From contig CAXHJY010001743.1 of NCBI GenBank assembly GCA_964016885.1, positions 62,001 through 126,000 of the forward strand: a stretch of 64,000 nt of DNA, written 5' to 3'. This DNA comes from Eledone cirrhosa. Lineage: Eukaryota. The position numbers and the translations under genes are program-made. The first letter of the stretch is position 1; each line of letters starts with the position of its first letter. Shown here piece after piece: positions 1-13,760 of the stretch. Below the pieces are notes generated by a model. It saw only the letters and a program-made list of their open reading frames with translations, searched no databases and was not told the DNA's origin.

Positions 1-116
1 ATGATTGCGAATCCAATTCTCTTACCACTCAGCAACGTAGATCGAAATAAATTATCTTGCTTTTATCATCGTGATCTCGTCTATCTTCCTGTCTCTACTT
101 TTATCTCTCATTGTCT

Positions 117-150
117 CTTCTGATGAAGGATAAACGTCCGAAACGTCAAG
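117..150 (+). ncRNA. Minimal type I hammerhead ribozyme motif (Penelope-like element type)
   Basis: ctt-CTGATGA-a-ggat(aaac)gtcc-GAAAC-GTC-aag. Both core boxes are present, with a 4-bp stem II, a loopless palindromic stem III (ACGT), a GUC cleavage triplet and stem I ctt/aag. Confidence 0.7.
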
Positions 151-861
151 TCACCTTTCCTACTATATCGAACGTTAAATAATAAATATCTTAGTTTTAG
201 TTCAATACTTTATTTACCATTCTATGTGATAATCCTACTTGGGTATCTATCATTGATATTCCAAAGAAACATCCTATGAAATGGAACCTTATATGATGAC
301 AACTATACCTATATATGTATGAGTTGTATCAACGGCATGATAGCAATGGAGCCCCTTCTCATTAAAATACAAAAGAAACGTGTGAAATATCACCAGATAG
401 GATGTCAGTTAAACTTACTTAGGTATGAGATGTAACACCTGTAAACACAGGAGTTCTTATTATTAAAAGACCAGAGAAAGCTCATAGGTAAGCCTACATA
501 GAGGTGAACAGACGTCACCTCTTTTCCGTGGGAGTAGCGGGAGTGATGAGAATGATGATATTGCGTTGTTTTTTTAATACATGTGTGGGCTGGAGGAGTC
601 GAGGTTATGGAGGTGTGTTCATTAAGTAGTTATATAATTGGGTGTGGCCGAGCAATACGGTAATGAAAGGGGGATAGGGTAACGATAGGTGGTGGGAAGT
701 TAAGTGGTTAAGTTTAATAGATTTAGTAGATGCGGAGACATATAATGAAATATATGAATGGACGTTAGAAGTGAAAAGTATATAGAACTGATTGTGAATA
801 CTTTAAAAATAACTGTCGGGGGTCGTGATTAACTTCTTGCTGATTATTATATGAGAACAGC

Positions 862-917
862 TGTGTGTGTGTGTGTGTATGGTGTGTGTGGGTGTGTGTG
901 AATGTGTATGTGTGTGT

Positions 918-981
<64 letters not shown>

Positions 982-1174
982 AGAGAGAGAGAGATATAGC
1001 GTGCGCGCATGTGTGTGTGTGTGTGTTATCAGTGGAAGCGATTATGTAGCACTTGAGTGTTTATAAGGATAAAGGAATTCTAGTTTTTATTTAGGCAGCT
1101 AGTCATATATATATATGTTGTTATATATTATGGAATACTGTTGGCTTTTCGCTACAATGTTTTCTATACCTTTC

Positions 1175-1218
<44 letters not shown>

Positions 1219-1260
1219 TATATATATATATATACACTTATAAATATATATATATTTATA

Positions 1261-1311
<51 letters not shown>

Positions 1312-1404
1312 TGTCCCAAAAAGTGTATTCACGCTTTGATTACCTGTACAGGCAATATTTATTAGAATGCTGTAGATGTGTGAATGCATTTTTTCGATGC
1401 CCTG

Positions 1405-1473
<69 letters not shown>

Positions 1474-1520
1474 ATTTGACAATACTAAAGATATATGTGC
1501 GTGTGTTTGTGTGTATGTGT
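862..1520. repeat. Compound microsatellites (TG)n/(GA)n/(TA)n
   Basis: Directly visible dinucleotide runs. Similar tracts recur across the window (e.g. 12.6k, 14.1k, 15.0k, 31.6k, 32.2k, 56.3-56.65k). Confidence 0.95.
1308..1406. mobile_element. Degenerate Tc1/mariner-like MITE remnant
   Basis: Imperfect inverted ends gtgtcccaaaaagtgtattcac / gtgaatgcattttttcgatgccctg, with the right end CCCTG|TA. Confidence 0.35.
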
Positions 1521-2094
1521 CTGTATACATAGACGTATCACGTTCGTTGTTATAGCAACATACGATGCTCTCCGGGTTTTACCACCAGCCTGTTGTTATA
1601 CAGCAAAGATTTTTAGTGATTTATTTATTGTTCTTAAAAAATTATTATATATGCAATTTTGTATATAAGTATAAAACGGTTATCTTTTAAAGTTCAGTAA
1701 TGCACCTCGCCGAGGTTTGCGTCCAAGATGGATGCCACGCTGGCCTTATTCCTAATACTTGTTAAACGGCAGAAACATTTATTTAGTGCAGAAAATATTA
1801 TTTCGTATCGTTGTTTAGACAGAGTTTAGCTTAGTTTCATTAGACCTTTGATTAAAGTCTTTCCGGTGATGATCACGCCGTAACTTCTGTATATCAACAA
1901 TTGTCCAATATTTCAGGTATTTAAGATTCAAGGCTAAGATTCTTGTATGATTTGACTGTTATTTCTAGCTGTTTCATTGCCTTTTCTGACACTAATGTAA
2001 CGTTCATCGTAGTACTGTTGTTGTTGTTGTTGTTGTTGTTGTTGTAACTGGTGATGTCACTATTCTTATTGTTGATGTTATCAGTCTTATGGGT

Positions 2095-2125
<31 letters not shown>

Positions 2126-2649
2126 ATATTATCGTTTTAGTTGTCGTTGTTGTTGTTGTCGTGTTGTTGTTATTGTCGTTTTAGTTGTTGTCCTTGTTGT
2201 TGTTATAGCCAGCTACTTTACAGCTCCGGTTTCTAAGGTGTGTTTCTAAGAGTGATTGATTTTCACTCAGCCATCGGCTGTTGCAACAATGGTGGTATAA
2301 ATTAAGTTCAACTAACTGACAGTGAGGGGAGGCCACAATATTAACAGGATATTATCACTGCTGCTGCTGCTGCTGCCGCTGCTGATGGCGCTGCCAATGC
2401 CGTTGGTTGCTTATATCTATGTAATTAAATGCCTATTTCCTACACATACAAACACACACATACATACACAGATACATACATACATATATATACATACACA
2501 GATACATACATACATACATTTATGCATACATATATACATACATACTTACATATATACCTACTTTCTTAAATACATACATACTTTCTTAAATATATACATA
2601 CATACATATATCCATGGATATATACATACATACATACATACATTTACAG

Positions 2650-3455
2650 AAAAAGTTGTGCATGGATAAACCACTCAAAAAGCCTGGCATGGAGTTCCGA
2701 CAAGTTTATGACATCACACCTTGAGGGATATTTCTATGCAATACAGGAACAAGAACTCCCTACCAAATATCTGCTGCACAAAAGGGGAGGGCCAGCAGCT
2801 GACAATAAATGTAGGCTATGTAAAACAAAGATCGAGGATGTAAGCCACATTGTTGCCAGCTGCGAAAGAATGTCATCTCGTTACTACCTCCCCATGAGAC
2901 ACGATGGGATAGCTAGAACCATCTGGAACGCACTTCGGAAAACAAAATTAACAACAAACGAGGAAGAATATATTGAGACAGATGGCACTAAGGAATACTG
3001 GTGGAATCTGAAAATAAAAACTACCACCAAATTAAAGCACAACCGGCCTGATATTGTTGTTTGGGATACACATTGAAAACGTGTTCTGTTGTGGTGATCA
3101 GCTGCCCACTTGATGTAAACGTTGTCAGAAAAATACAGGAGAAGGAGGACATCTACGGACCATTGATGAGGAGTTTACAAATCCAGTATCCAAGATACAC
3201 CTTTAGCTTCATACTCATCATTATTGGAGCTACGGGTTATATACCAACCCGCTTGGACCAAAGTATGACTGTACTTGGATTTGCGGACAAAAAGCGCAGA
3301 TCCCTAATTCATAGTCTACAAATGGCTGCGATAGCTGGCACCTTCAAAATTTGCAAAACATTCTTGCGATTCAAGGGATGACAATTTCTTTTCTTTTACA
3401 ACCTTGCCACCAGGAAGGTGGCCGGTCAAAAAAAATATACTCGAAATTAAGAGAA
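2650..3455 (+). mobile_element. 5'-truncated, frameshifted R4/Dong-clade non-LTR retrotransposon (second family), RLE C-terminus
   Basis: ORFs 2708-3076 and 3061-3381 give AIQEQ, CRLC-x8-HIVASC, RHD, NRPDIVVWD, CPLD and IIIGATG. Flanked on both sides by (TACA)n. Confidence 0.8.
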
Positions 3456-3568
3456 AGAGATAATACACACATGGATACCTACATACATACATACATACAT
3501 ACATACATACATACATACATACATACATACATACATACATACATACATACATACATACAAACATACAT

Positions 3569-3893
3569 AATGGCTGGAACTCAATTTCGAGTAATGCCAT
3601 CGCTTGATACTTGCGCACGAGCACCACAAACGTGCCTTTTTACTCCAGCCAGGGACTTTCCTATAGCCAGCAATACCATGCATCGCAAAAAATGTCACAT
3701 ATCAAGCGATGCCTGAGCTTGAATCTTTTTTTAAGGGAGGAAAGGCTTTGCACGGAGCCAATCCCACTCTCTGAACATCGAATGCATTTGCCTCAAAAAG
3801 TAAAACCGCTCTAAATCAGTGGATGCAAACGCAGTCGCAGGTTTTATATAAGAGTGACCTTCTCTTAGAGAGATGTCTTAATGAAGAGTCCAC

Positions 3894-3986
<93 letters not shown>

Positions 3987-5070
3987 ACACGCACACACAC
4001 GTCGTTGGTGGGTGATACTTTCAATACTCCGACACTCACTTCTCTCTAGTAGCTCAAGATCATACGCATTCATCTGCCACTTGAGACCGAGCATCTTTCT
4101 GAGACACTGTTGGTGAAACCGTTCCAGTCTTTAGATATGTCGTTTGTAGGCAACCAATGTCTTAAACGCATACAGCAATGCTGAGAGTGAGTATAAATGT
4201 GGCATACACTTTCACCTTGGTCTTCAATGGTATTTCTCGCCTGCAACATATACGGTTGCTGAACCTTTCAAATGACTCACTTACTTCGCTAAAACGCAGA
4301 CCAGCTTCTGCACCCAGAGAGCAGGTCACACTTAGAGTACTCCCCAAATACACAAATTTGACAGCAACCTTCAGCTTTTGACCGTATACATATATGGAGT
4401 GTTCATTGAAAACTTTATCCGGGGCAGGTTGGTACATAACGACAGTCTTCTTCAGACTGATTGTCAGTCCCAAAGCACGGCATGCATTGGAAAAAGAATC
4501 CATAAGGTGTTGAATGTCACTCTGGGAGTCTGCAAGAGATCACAATCATCTGCATACAGAAATTCTCTAATGTAGGTACTCAGTACATTAGTGTTGGGAG
4601 TAAGACGCCCGAGGTTGAACAGCTTGCCGGAAGTGCGATATGCGAGATAGATACCGTCTTGACAATCCCTGAAGGCCACGAAGAACACCATTGCGAAATA
4701 CAAGGCAAACAAAGTTGGTGCAGGTATATCACCTCAGTTGACACCATTTTCAACCGAGACTCGTTCAGACAGTTTAACTCCGATGTTTATCCATGCCTGC
4801 ATGTCATTATTAAAGAGCTTAAGTATGTTTACAAACTTCGTAGGACAGCCCAATCTCTCCAAAATAACATACAAAGCCTTCCGATTTACGGTGTCAAATC
4901 GAAAAAAAACTTGGTATAAGTCTATGCACTGCTCAATGCATTTCTCTTGAAGTGTTTTGGCCTAGAAGACCATGTCAGCAATGCCTCTGCCATTCCTAAA
5001 ACCACATTGTGACTCAGGAAGTACCTCAACAGCAATGTGCTGTGTCAATCTGTCCAACAATATCCTGCAC
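3569..5070 (-). mobile_element. 5'-truncated RTE-clade LINE pseudo-copy, interrupted by (CA)n at 3898-3981
   Basis: Minus-strand fragments PESQCGFR, EFLYADDC, GLTISLKKTVVM, FVYLGS. The 3' end reads ...ctcgaaattgagttccagccattat followed by a (GTAT)n tail. Confidence 0.85.
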
Positions 5071-5079
5071 ATACATACA

Positions 5080-5495
5080 TGGTGGCTGCCAACTCGTTTT
5101 CGAGTACGGCCACTACTTTATATCCATGTAGGAGAACCCCTACCGATGCGCTGAACGAGTCTGACTTTTTAGTCCAGCCAGCGACTTGAAAACTCTGGTA
5201 CAAACACTACACTTGTCACAATTAATGACACATAGTGCTGGGCCCATGGTACCATGTGACGACAAGTGCAGAGAGATCTCCAGATATAAAGCAATGCCTG
5301 TGCCGTGAAGCTTTTATAGTGAGCAAAGGCACTGCACAAAGCCAGTCCCACTCTCTTAACCAAGATGATATTTACCAAAAAAGAAGAACAAGTCAACATC
5401 ATTGGATACCATCAGAGTTGCAGATGTTATATCAGAGTTTTCCTTCTCCTAGAATTCTGCCTTGACAAAGGCTAAGGAGTCATCTCTCCCGGACA
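5080..5495 (-). mobile_element. Short non-autonomous RTE-derived bipartite element (RTE 5'UTR-like part + RTE-like 3' end)
   Basis: Nearly identical to 14300-14712 in the opposite orientation. Contains ctaggagaaggaaaactctg and ends ctcgaaaacgagttggcagccaccat(gtat). Confidence 0.6.
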
Positions 5496-5774
5496 TAGTC
5501 GCATACATACATACATACATACATACATACATACATACATACATACATACATACATACATACATACATACATACATACATGTACATATATTCACTTAGGT
5601 GATTATAGAGAGAAATAACTGGCAATATGTCCATAATGATATTTGGTAGGCAGAGATTCTCCAGTTTATGTCTGGTCTCTGGTAGGCTTCAGTCAATTTA
5701 TTTTAACCGAAATTATTCGATAAGGTTGTACTACATTAAAAAAAAAAGTAGAAACAATTATTTCATTAGGGAAA

Positions 5775-6080
5775 ATCCCGCCGAGGTTAACTTTGCTTTT
5801 CATCCTTACGGGGTCGATAAAATAAAGTACCAGTAATACACTGGGATAATTGTTGGCCTTGTGCCAAATGTAGAAACAATTATTTCATTAGGGATTAGCA
5901 GTATCGGTAGAGGGTCGGACGCCATGCTTTACAGCAATGAGTTACGGCCCTTTATGGTCTGAGTAGAAATCCCTCCGAGGTTAACTTTGCCTTTCATCCT
6001 TACGGGGTCGATAAAATAAAGTACCAGTAATGTACTGGGTAATTGCTGGCCTTGTGCCAAAAGTAGAAACAATTATTTCA
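5775..6080 (+). mobile_element. Two head-to-tail copies of the tRNA-derived SINE (one 5'-truncated)
   Basis: Shared body cccgccgaggttaactttgcctttcatccttacggggtcgataaaataaagtaccag and 3' end ggccttgtgccaaaagtagaaacaattatt. Confidence 0.85.
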
Positions 6081-6192
6081 GTAGGATGGCAAATGAACAT
6101 CATATAGAAGAACTGTTTGTTCTTGTGCTCTCCATCCGTCAAAGCTGTTCTCTCTTATATCTTCCGTTCATTCTCCCCCCTCTCGCTGCCCC

Positions 6193-6455
<263 letters not shown>

Positions 6456-6529
6456 ATATATATATATATATATATATATATCTTTCGATCTTCTGCTGCT
6501 AAAACTTTCGATCGAGATTGCTTACAGTA

Positions 6530-7400
6530 GGGACGTATGGTCGTATAGGCGTATGGAATTGTGGAAATATTGTCGTATGGACGTTTGGGTATATTGACTT
6601 ATGGACGTATGGACGTATGGACGTATGGACGTATGGATGTATTGACACATGAACGTATTGACGTGTGGACGTATTGGCGTATGGACGTAATGACGTGCGG
6701 ATGTATTGACGTATGGACGTATTGACGTGTGGACGTATTGACGTGAGGACGTATTGGCGTGTGGACGTATTGGTTATGGACGTATTGAGGTGTGGACGTA
6801 TTGACGTGTGAACGTAGTGGCTATGGACGTATTGACGTGTGGACGTATTGGCTATGGACGTATTGACGTGTGGACGTATTGGCTATGGACGTTTTGCCGT
6901 TCGGACGTATTGACATGTGGACGTATTGGCTATGGACGTATGGACGTATTGACGTGTGGACGTATTGACGTAGGGACGTATTGACGTGTGGACGTATTGG
7001 CTATGGACGTATTGACGTGTGGACGTATTGACGTGTGGATGTATTAACGTGTGGGCGTTTTGACGTGTGGACGTATTGATGTGTGGACGTATTGGCGTGT
7101 GGACGTATTGACGTGTGGACGTATGGACGTCTTGACGTGTGGACGTATTGATGTGTGGACGTATTGGCGTGTGGACGTATTGACGTGTGGACGTATTGAC
7201 GTGTGGACGTAATGACACATGAACGTATAGACCTGTGGACGTATTGACGTATAGACGTATTGACGTATGGACGTATTGACTTATGGACGTTTTACGTATG
7301 GAGGTATTTACGTATGGACGTATTTACATAAGGACGTATTTACGTATGGACGTATTGATGTGTGGACGTATTTACGAATGGACGTATGGACGTATGGACA
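6530..7400. repeat. 8/16-bp minisatellite (gtattgac/gtgtggac/gtatggac)
   Basis: Directly visible 8-bp units, often alternating as the 16-mer gtattgacgtgtggac. Confidence 0.95.
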
Positions 7401-8504
7401 AGACGTAGTCATATTTCAAAGATATCGCCGAGTTAGTGTCAGTCATATTGAAAATCTAGATCATTTGAGACTGGTTAATGAAGAAATAGCAGATGGTAAG
7501 CAGAACATTTATTAATAAAATCAACGGGTTGAACTCGTCAGTTGGATATGCAAGCTCACACCATACTAGCGAGTGGAAATGTGAGCCCCTGTTGCTGCCC
7601 AGTTTTGAAGCTTGGGGGTCTGAAATGGGCCGTGATTATGAACATCTGGAACTGTCTCGCCCAGGAATGGACTGAGGCAAAGTTACCTTAGAAAAGCCTG
7701 GGACAGGTACCGAACACATACATTGTCTCCATAATCTATTATCATGTGAGTGTCATGTTATGTTGCAGGCCAACCTATGAAAGGGATACATTCCACTTGT
7801 AAGAAAGTCCATCTGTTGGCAACATCCTCAGCACAATGACCCGGGCATGCTGTGGTTAATGATGCACATTGGTGCACTGAGGCTGTGGCATCTACAGATA
7901 TTCCTAGAGGGGTGGACATGTGTGGATTCCATTTGTAAAGCACGTCTTACCCAGGTCGTCCCTTTAACGAGACTCCCAGCAGTAACTAACTTAAGACACC
8001 TGACTTCTTGGGTGCTTTTAAGCATACTTAACCCGCTCTTGATTAGAATTCAAAAGCGATCCGATCGATGTTCTGTCTGATACTGCAAGTATCAGACCTA
8101 GCAAAGCTATCGGAGGTCACTGGCTATTTTAGATCAGCTCCACTGGAATGTACGTGCTGACAGTCGGGCGTATACAGGATGAAGAGAGATCGACGGAACC
8201 GTTCTTTACATACGCGTTCAGCATCTCAGATTTACTGATGCTTAGAGTGATATCGATTGGTTGTTATGGCATGTCAGATAGATCCGGCTGTCAGCTGAGT
8301 CCCTAGTGACGAACAGTTTATTTCCCTCCTTCCGCAAGTAAACAGGTTGTTTTTTTCTTTTCTATGGCTGCAATAGAAAGATAGGTTTAGTATAAATAAG
8401 AGAAGACTCAGGTTGATGTTCTCTATCTTTCACTCACTGTCTCTGTCTCTATCGCTCTCCCCACCTCTCACTACTATATGCAAATGAGAGCCCACGTACT
8501 GGTC

Positions 8505-8750
8505 GCCCCGCGGTCTCGGCGGGTAGAATAGAGAAGGTGTTTCCCCGGAGAATGGTGATGCAGATGCTTTGGAAGAGCCATTCCAGCTCGCGAGTCACAC
8601 ACCTGCGGGTAGCCAACTCCGTGCCGATGGTGGTGAGTAGGGAGTTGGTTTTAGGGCCATCAAGATTTCTAGTCGATATGATTAGAAGGCTTAAGTACAG
8701 ATCTCTGCCTCTCCTAACAACCTTTCAACGATGGCTCATGATATGACTAG
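8505..8750 (-). mobile_element. CRE-clade-like non-LTR retrotransposon 3' fragment (RLE C-terminus)
   Basis: Manual minus-strand translation gives GPKTNSLLTTIGTELATRR...RELEWLFQSICITILRGNTFSIL, resembling the 'QRxSxAIxRGNAxSIL' end of CRE-type proteins. Confidence 0.5.
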
Positions 8751-9169
8751 AAAGAGCTGTGAAAGAACACAGAGAGGTAATGACGAAAGGACGAAACAGT
8801 TGTGCATGAGAATGCTTATTTCTCTATCCTAAATGTAAACTGCTGCCAGGGGAGGGCAAATATTACTGGGTGGTGAAGGTAGTTGGTGCTTTCATCGTGA
8901 GGGATAGCGATTTAGCTAATGTAGGAATTCTATTTAAATAAATGGCATGAGATGTGCCATTTTGGCGAACATCTATTTGCTATTTTACAATTTTTTATTA
9001 TCGTCGCTGTAGGAAATCTCTTCAACACAATTTCTTTTATATATGTATGATGTATATATATATATATATATGAATGTATGTATGTACGTATGTATGTACG
9101 TATGTATCTATGTGTGTGTGTGTGTGTACGTGTGCATGTAAGTATGTTTGTATGTATATATGTATGAAT

Positions 9170-9660
9170 GAAACCAGTACAACCTGTCTCATGGTGGGGT
9201 CGTCGCCGACTAAACCAGCAACCCCACCAAGCTTACTTGGTGAGGATGGTGATATTTCGACCTCCTGCGGGATGAAATACAAGACCCGGCAATGGGCGGA
9301 AGAACTCAGCAGAATAAACAGCCATCCAAATAGTACCTTTTTTTTCACCTGGGAGTGAAAGGCCCCCAGTTTTGTCAAAATGCCTTCCTAGGAGAGGGAA
9401 ACTCTGAAAAAAAACCTGCGGGTTCGGAAGCATCCGATGATGTTGACCAGTTCTCCTTTTCAGGTAGTGTTTTTGATGCTCAGAGAGTGGGATTAGTCGA
9501 GTGCCAGGCCTTTCTCCACTTAAAAAAACCTTTAAAGCACAGGCTTTGCTTGTTCGGGATATGTTACAGGTTCGTGTGACTGGACGTAGCCTAAAAGTCC
9601 CCCAAAATCTATAATCTGACAAACGATTGCAATACTCTTAGCAGAATTTGCAGCCATCAT
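9170..9660 (+). mobile_element. Short non-autonomous RTE-derived bipartite element
   Basis: RTE 5'UTR-like part (ctaggagagggaaactctg) joined to a ~44-nt end (9617-9660) that matches the 3' end of the adjacent RTE (11336-11378). Confidence 0.6.
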
Positions 9661-9676
9661 GTATGAATGTATTTGG

Positions 9677-11378
9677 CAACTACAGAGGTATTTCGTGGCT
9701 ATCTGTGGCTGGGAAAGTTTCGTGCAGGATATTGTTGGGCAGATTGATACGGCACATTGTTGTTGAGGTACATCCTGAGTCACAATGTGGTTTTAGGAAT
9801 GGCAGAGGCTCGGTTGACATGGTTTTCTCGGCCAAACATCTTCAAGACAAATGCATTTAGCAGTGCATGGATTTACACCAAGATGTTTTCGACACCGTAA
9901 ATCGGAAGACTTTGTGGGTTATTTTGGAGAGATTGGGCTGTCCTGCAAAGTTTGTAAACATACTTAAGCTCTTTAATAATGACATGCAGGCATGGATAAA
10001 CATCGGAGTTAAACTGTCTGAACGAGTCTCGGTTGAAAATGGTGTCAACTGAGGTGATATACCTGCACCAACTTTGTTTGCCTTGTATTTCGCAATGGTG
10101 TTCTTCGTGGCCTTCATGGATTGCCAACACGGTATCTATCTCACATATCGCACTTCCGGCAAGCTGGTTAACCTCAGGCGTCTCACTGCCAACACTAAGG
10201 TACTGAGTACCTTAATCAGAGAATTTCTGTATACAGATGATTGTGATCTCTTTGCACACTCTCAGAGTGACATGCAACACCTTATGGATTCTTTTTCCAA
10301 TGCATGCAGTGCTTTGGGACTGACAATCAGTCTGAAGAAGACTGTCGTCATGTACCAACCTGCTCCGGATAAAGTTTTCAAAGAACACTCCATATATGTA
10401 TACGGTCAAAAGCTGAAGGCTGCTGACACATTTGTGTATTTGGGGAGTAGTCTAAGTGTCTCCTGATCTCTGGATGCAGGAGTTGGTAAGGCAATTGAGT
10501 CATTTGGAAGGGGCTGCGGTCGTCTTTGGTGCAGACGCGCGGAATCACAATGAAGACCATGGTGAAAGTGTATGCTGCATGTGTATGATGTATGCGTGTG
10601 GGACATTTATATGCGTGTGGGACATGGGTTGCCTACAAACAGCATATTTAAAGAATGGAATGTTTTCCCCAGCAGTGTCTCAGAAAAATGCTCGGTATCA
10701 AGTAGCAGATGCATGTGAGTGATGTTGAGGTCCTTGAGAGAAGTGAGTGTCGGAGCATTGAGAGTATCATCCACCAACGGCGTTTGCGATGGACTGAACA
10801 CCTCAGCAACATGGAGGAAGATCGACTCTCGAAACAACTTTTGTATGGCGAGCTTTGCAAAGGTAAGAGACAACCTCACAAACCAAAGCCCCGATTCAAA
10901 GATTGTGTAAAGGACTCACTGAAAAAACTGGTTTGATGGTGGCTGACTGGGAGATAGAAGCTCTTGAAAGCGAAACTTAACGCGGAATGGTCAATGATTG
11001 GGTCTATAATTTTGAGGACAGACGCACAGAGCACGAGATATGCGTAACCAATGCCCTGGTGTATCTCTGGAAACGATCGGTGCCTCCATTGAATTGGTGT
11101 GCCCTGAGTGTGGGAAGATTTGCTTGACCAAATCTGGTCTCAGGGGCCACAGTCGCAGCCATATTCAAAGAGAACCAGTGAACTATGATCTTGCAACAGG
11201 TTGCCTGTGAACGTTCACAGGCAACCTGTTGCAAGACTAAGGCCAGGGAGACCCACAGTTGTCGTCAATGTGTGAAGGAGTGAAAGTCTCTAGCAAGCTT
11301 GAAAAAGCCATATCCGAGCGTCACACATCTGAATATGACAAGCGATTGCAATACTCTTAGTAGAGTTTGCAGCCATTA
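9677..11378 (+). mobile_element. 5'-truncated RTE-clade LINE pseudo-copy
   Basis: NYRGISWLSVAGK, PESQCGFRNGRG, EFLYTDDC, GLTISLKKT, RRLRWTEHL, KQLLYGEL. Multiple stops and frameshifts; paralogous to 3569-5070. Confidence 0.9.
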
Positions 11379-11384
11379 TAAGAG

Positions 11385-11575
11385 GACGGTGGATTGGTAG
11401 TATCGGTAGAGGGTCGGACGCCATGCATTGTAGCATAGAGTTACGGCCCTTTATGATCTGAGTTCAAATCCCGCCGAGGTTAACTTTTCCTTTCATCCTT
11501 ACGGGGTCGATAAAATAAAGTACCACTAATGCACTGGGTAATTGCTGGCTTTGTGCCATAAGTAGAAACAATTAT
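11385..11575 (+). mobile_element. tRNA-derived SINE, full length
   Basis: A-box-like tggtagtatcgg, B-box gttcaaatcc, conserved body and 3' end. Confidence 0.85.
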
Positions 11576-11728
11576 ATATAAATATATATATATAGTTAGA
11601 GAAGCAAAAAATTGCTTAGTGTGATCCAGTTCTTGGTTAAGAAAGCCAGTTTCATGGATGGTTTCAACGTACGGTTAGGGGTAACTCCACAAGTTTGTAA
11701 GAATTCCGTTCAATCTTGGAGTATAAAG

Positions 11729-11943
11729 TATAAAAGAGAAAACACAGGTAAGCATTAAGAGAAGGATTTTATCCAGGTATTTACGACAGTTTCATTGGTA
11801 AGTGCAACCTTATATTGCTATACTGCAAATAGCAGCCACTTGATTAGAGTATAGCAATATAAGGTTGCACTTACCAATGAAACTGTCGTAAATACCTGGA
11901 TAAAATCCTTCTCTTAATGCTTATCTGTGTTTTCTCTTTTATA
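11729..11943. repeat. Fold-back element 1: ~96-bp inverted arms, 23-nt spacer
   Basis: Arms 11729-11824 and 11848-11943 are reverse complements with one visible mismatch. Each arm has GAAAC-t-GTC (3' half of a hammerhead core). Abuts (TA)n. Confidence 0.9.
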
Positions 11944-11967
11944 TATATAAATATATATATATATATA

Positions 11968-12056
11968 TAACGAAGGAAATGTGATAAGGAACCAGGTGGA
12001 CCATAACGCACCAAAGTACTCAATACTTAGGGTAGTAGAGTGGGTAATAGGACCAA
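11968..12056. mobile_element. (TA)n-anchored short interspersed repeat, copy 2
   Basis: taacgaaggaaatgtgataaggaaccaggtggaccataacgcaccaaagtactcaatact...; starts exactly at a (TA)n run. Confidence 0.6.
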
Positions 12057-12466
12057 ATCTTACTTTTTCCTATATATATATATAGAGAGAGAGAGATGCG
12101 TGTTTGTGTGTGTTTGTGTGGGTGTGTATATATGTACGTATGTATGCAAGTATGTATATATGTATGTATGTATGAATATATGTATGTATTTATGTATGTA
12201 TGTGTGTATATATATATGTATATAATATATATGTATATGTATATATGTATATGTATATACTGTATGTATATATGTATATGTATATATATATAGTGGTAGA
12301 ACACTGGAAGGTAATATCCGTAGTGGTAGAGCACTCAATCCATGGGACGAGTTAGGTAGAGGTGGTTACACAACAGTTAGTTCACCATACCGAGAACAAT
12401 TGTTTCACCTTAGCGGATCCTCGCATCTGATGTGAGAAAAAGCACAGACCCTCCATCTCAACTCTA

Positions 12467-12502
12467 CTTTTGAAAAGCAGAAGAACTGCGAAACTGGTAA
12501 AG
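12467..12502 (+). ncRNA. Degenerate hammerhead motif
   Basis: ctt-TTGAAAA-gcag(aagaa)ctgc-GAAAC-tg-GTA-aag. Stems are intact, with two transitions relative to CTGAAGA. Confidence 0.45.
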
Positions 12503-12619
12503 GAACCAAATAAATATAAATATATTTTTTTTAAATAAGACTCCAGTTGCATTTTTGATTTCATCTTTTTTCTTTATACTTTCACTCGGTTATTTTTCAT
12601 TTTGTAAAAAAACCCTCAC

Positions 12620-12696
<77 letters not shown>

Positions 12697-12964
12697 TATA
12701 TACACACATACATGCATACATATATATATATATATATATATATGGTAATGGTGGTGGTGGTGATGGTGATTATGGTGACGATGGTGGTGCTGTTATTGTT
12801 GTCGTTAATGGTGATAGTGTTGTTGTCGGTGGTGGTGGTAATGGTGGCGGTGGCTGTGATGGTGGTAATGGTGATGGTGTTGTTGTTGTTGATGGTGATG
12901 TTGGTGGTGGTGGTGGTTGTGGTGGTGGTGGTAGTGGTGTTGTTGTTGCTGATTGTGTTCGTGG

Positions 12965-13760
12965 TGGTGTTGGTATCGGTAGAATGTCGGACAACATGCT
13001 TTGTGATATAAAGTTACGGCCCTTAACGTTCTGAGTTCAAATCCCACCAAGGTTAGTTTTGCCTTTCATCCTTAAGGGGTCGATGAAATAAAGTACCCGT
13101 AACGTATTGGGGTTACTTTAATTGACTTTTCCTTCCCACAAAATTGTTGACCTTGTGCTTAAATCATAAACCATTATAGATACATAAATAACGAAATGAA
13201 ATGGTAACAGATTGACAGAACCGTTTGAGTGTCGGGCTGTGGGTCTAAACCCCGTCCAGACAAACTTAGCCGTTTCTATCTTCCGATGATGATAAAATAA
13301 AGTACCAGTCACGTACTGGGGTTACAAGAAAGCTGACCTTGTACTAAAATGGGAAGCAAATGCTGTCATCAAATTAAAGGGCGGGGAATTGAGTCATTCA
13401 GGTATTTGTTTACAACTGTTAACATGCTGAGTTCAAATCTCGTCCAACAAAACTTGGCTTTTTATCCTTCCAGGAGTCGATAAAATAATGTACCAGGTAG
13501 GTGCAATTGGCCGATATAAATTAATTTCCCCTCCCCACAAATTTCTGGCTTTGTTCCTAAATAAGAAACCATTGGATTGGCAGTATTTGTATAGGGTCGG
13601 ACGCCATGCTTTGCAGCAAAGAGTTACGGCCCTTTATTTTCTGAGTTCAAATCCCGCCCAGGTTAACTTTGCCTTTCATCCTTTCGAGGTTGATAAAATA
13701 AAGTACCAGTAATACACTGGGGTAATTGCTGGTCTTGTGCCAAAAGTAGAAACCATTATC
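12965..13760 (+). mobile_element. Cluster of ~4 diverged tRNA-SINE copies in the same orientation
   Basis: Repeated ctgagttcaaatc / tcatcct..gtcgataaaataaagtacc motifs near 13030, 13290, 13430 and 13640. Confidence 0.75.

Noticed and set aside
765-1532. ORFs made of HT/YI/CV/ER dipeptide runs (here and throughout the window)
   Set aside because: Translations of dinucleotide and trinucleotide microsatellites.
7690-8100. Possible LINE endonuclease fragment (TQEVR...GSLVKG)
   Set aside because: A single weak motif with no supporting downstream motifs.
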